Below are positions 63,865 to 64,000 of a DNA stretch of 64,000 bases, one piece after another. The number at the start of each line of letters is the position of its first letter. Position 1 is the stretch's first letter. Source of the stretch: Caldisericia bacterium. Lineage in GTDB: Bacteria; Caldisericota; Caldisericia; JAAYUI01. The DNA lies in the NCBI GenBank assembly GCA_017992555.1, contig JAGOOK010000001.1, forward strand, positions 36,134 to 100,133, written 5' to 3'. The notes beneath the pieces are model-generated. The model saw nothing but the letters and a program-made list of their open reading frames with translations, had not been told where the DNA came from and ran no database searches. Position numbers and translations under genes: made by a program.

Positions 63865-64000
63865 CAGTCCTCCTTTTGTCCAGTGGCTATTTTCCTGATG
63901 ATTATTATCGGTGTCTGGTCGTCCTCATTGCCGGCAGGGTTGTCAGCCATAAACTGCTCAAGCTCTTTTTTGTCTACACCGTCAGAGGCGCCAACCGCCC
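63864..64000 (-). CDS. 3' end of an unidentified upstream CDS (partial, runs off the window)
   Basis: The open frame reads ...AVGASDGVDKKELEQFMADNPAGNEDDQTPIIIIRKIATGQKED* with its TGA sharing one base with the tldD ATG (TGATG). Confidence 0.4.
   Translation of the reverse strand, partial: AVGASDGVDKKELEQFMADNPAGNEDDQTPIIIIRKIATGQKED

Overview
Compact, almost gap-free bacterial chromosomal segment. It uses the standard code: TGA is a stop at the expected C-termini of purH, alr, uppP and others. I found no rRNA, tRNA, CRISPR array, IS element or prophage. Gene content looks Firmicutes-like or from a deep-branching anaerobe (tmk-darA-holB-ricT, lepA-hemW, copper-amine-oxidase-N-type wall domains, dockerin). 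I cannot assign the organism.

Layout:
- 184-2352 (+): secreted C25-type peptidase.
- 2342-12454 (-): lepA-hemW-bioY-ackA-purL-purM-purN-purH.
- 12554-23321 (+): topB, two tandem class A PBPs, tmk, darA, holB, ricT.
- 23182-25918 (-): psd, then an FMN-riboswitch-led ribU, a GCS2-like ligase and an unlisted 52-aa membrane ORF.
- 25927-28592 (-): cobalamin-riboswitch-led btuFCD-like operon.
- radA (+).
- 29922-63864 (-): a long run containing tldD-pmbA-alr, a large exported protein, an NTP-transferase, uppP, recG and an ABC-F gene. It continues with an 11-gene nuo operon (nuoABCDHIJKLMN, no nuoEFG) that abuts a 9-gene atp operon (11 nt gap). After that come an exported hypothetical, an HD protein, comM, fmt, a metallophosphoesterase and a wall-domain protein.

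Most unusual observations:
1. An in-frame TGA sits exactly where the first Cys of a thioredoxin-type CxxC motif should be (UxxC). It lies in a signal-peptide-bearing multidomain protein and is followed by a hairpin, so this is a candidate exported selenoprotein.
2. NuoL carries three tandem 26-aa copies of the motif that is single in the NuoL/NdhF sequences I recall, in the region expected to form the lateral helix.
3. The ATP synthase operon has a b-delta fusion and no separate delta gene, a short epsilon, a c subunit with a Q..ES..Y (Na+-type) signature, and AtpZ/AtpR-like genes.
4. Consensus-like promoters recur 7-13 nt upstream of start codons that lack a Shine-Dalgarno, implying leaderless mRNAs.

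The ORF track gives longest ORFs with GTG/TTG shown as M. Several starts were re-assigned from Shine-Dalgarno position or homology-expected N-termini.
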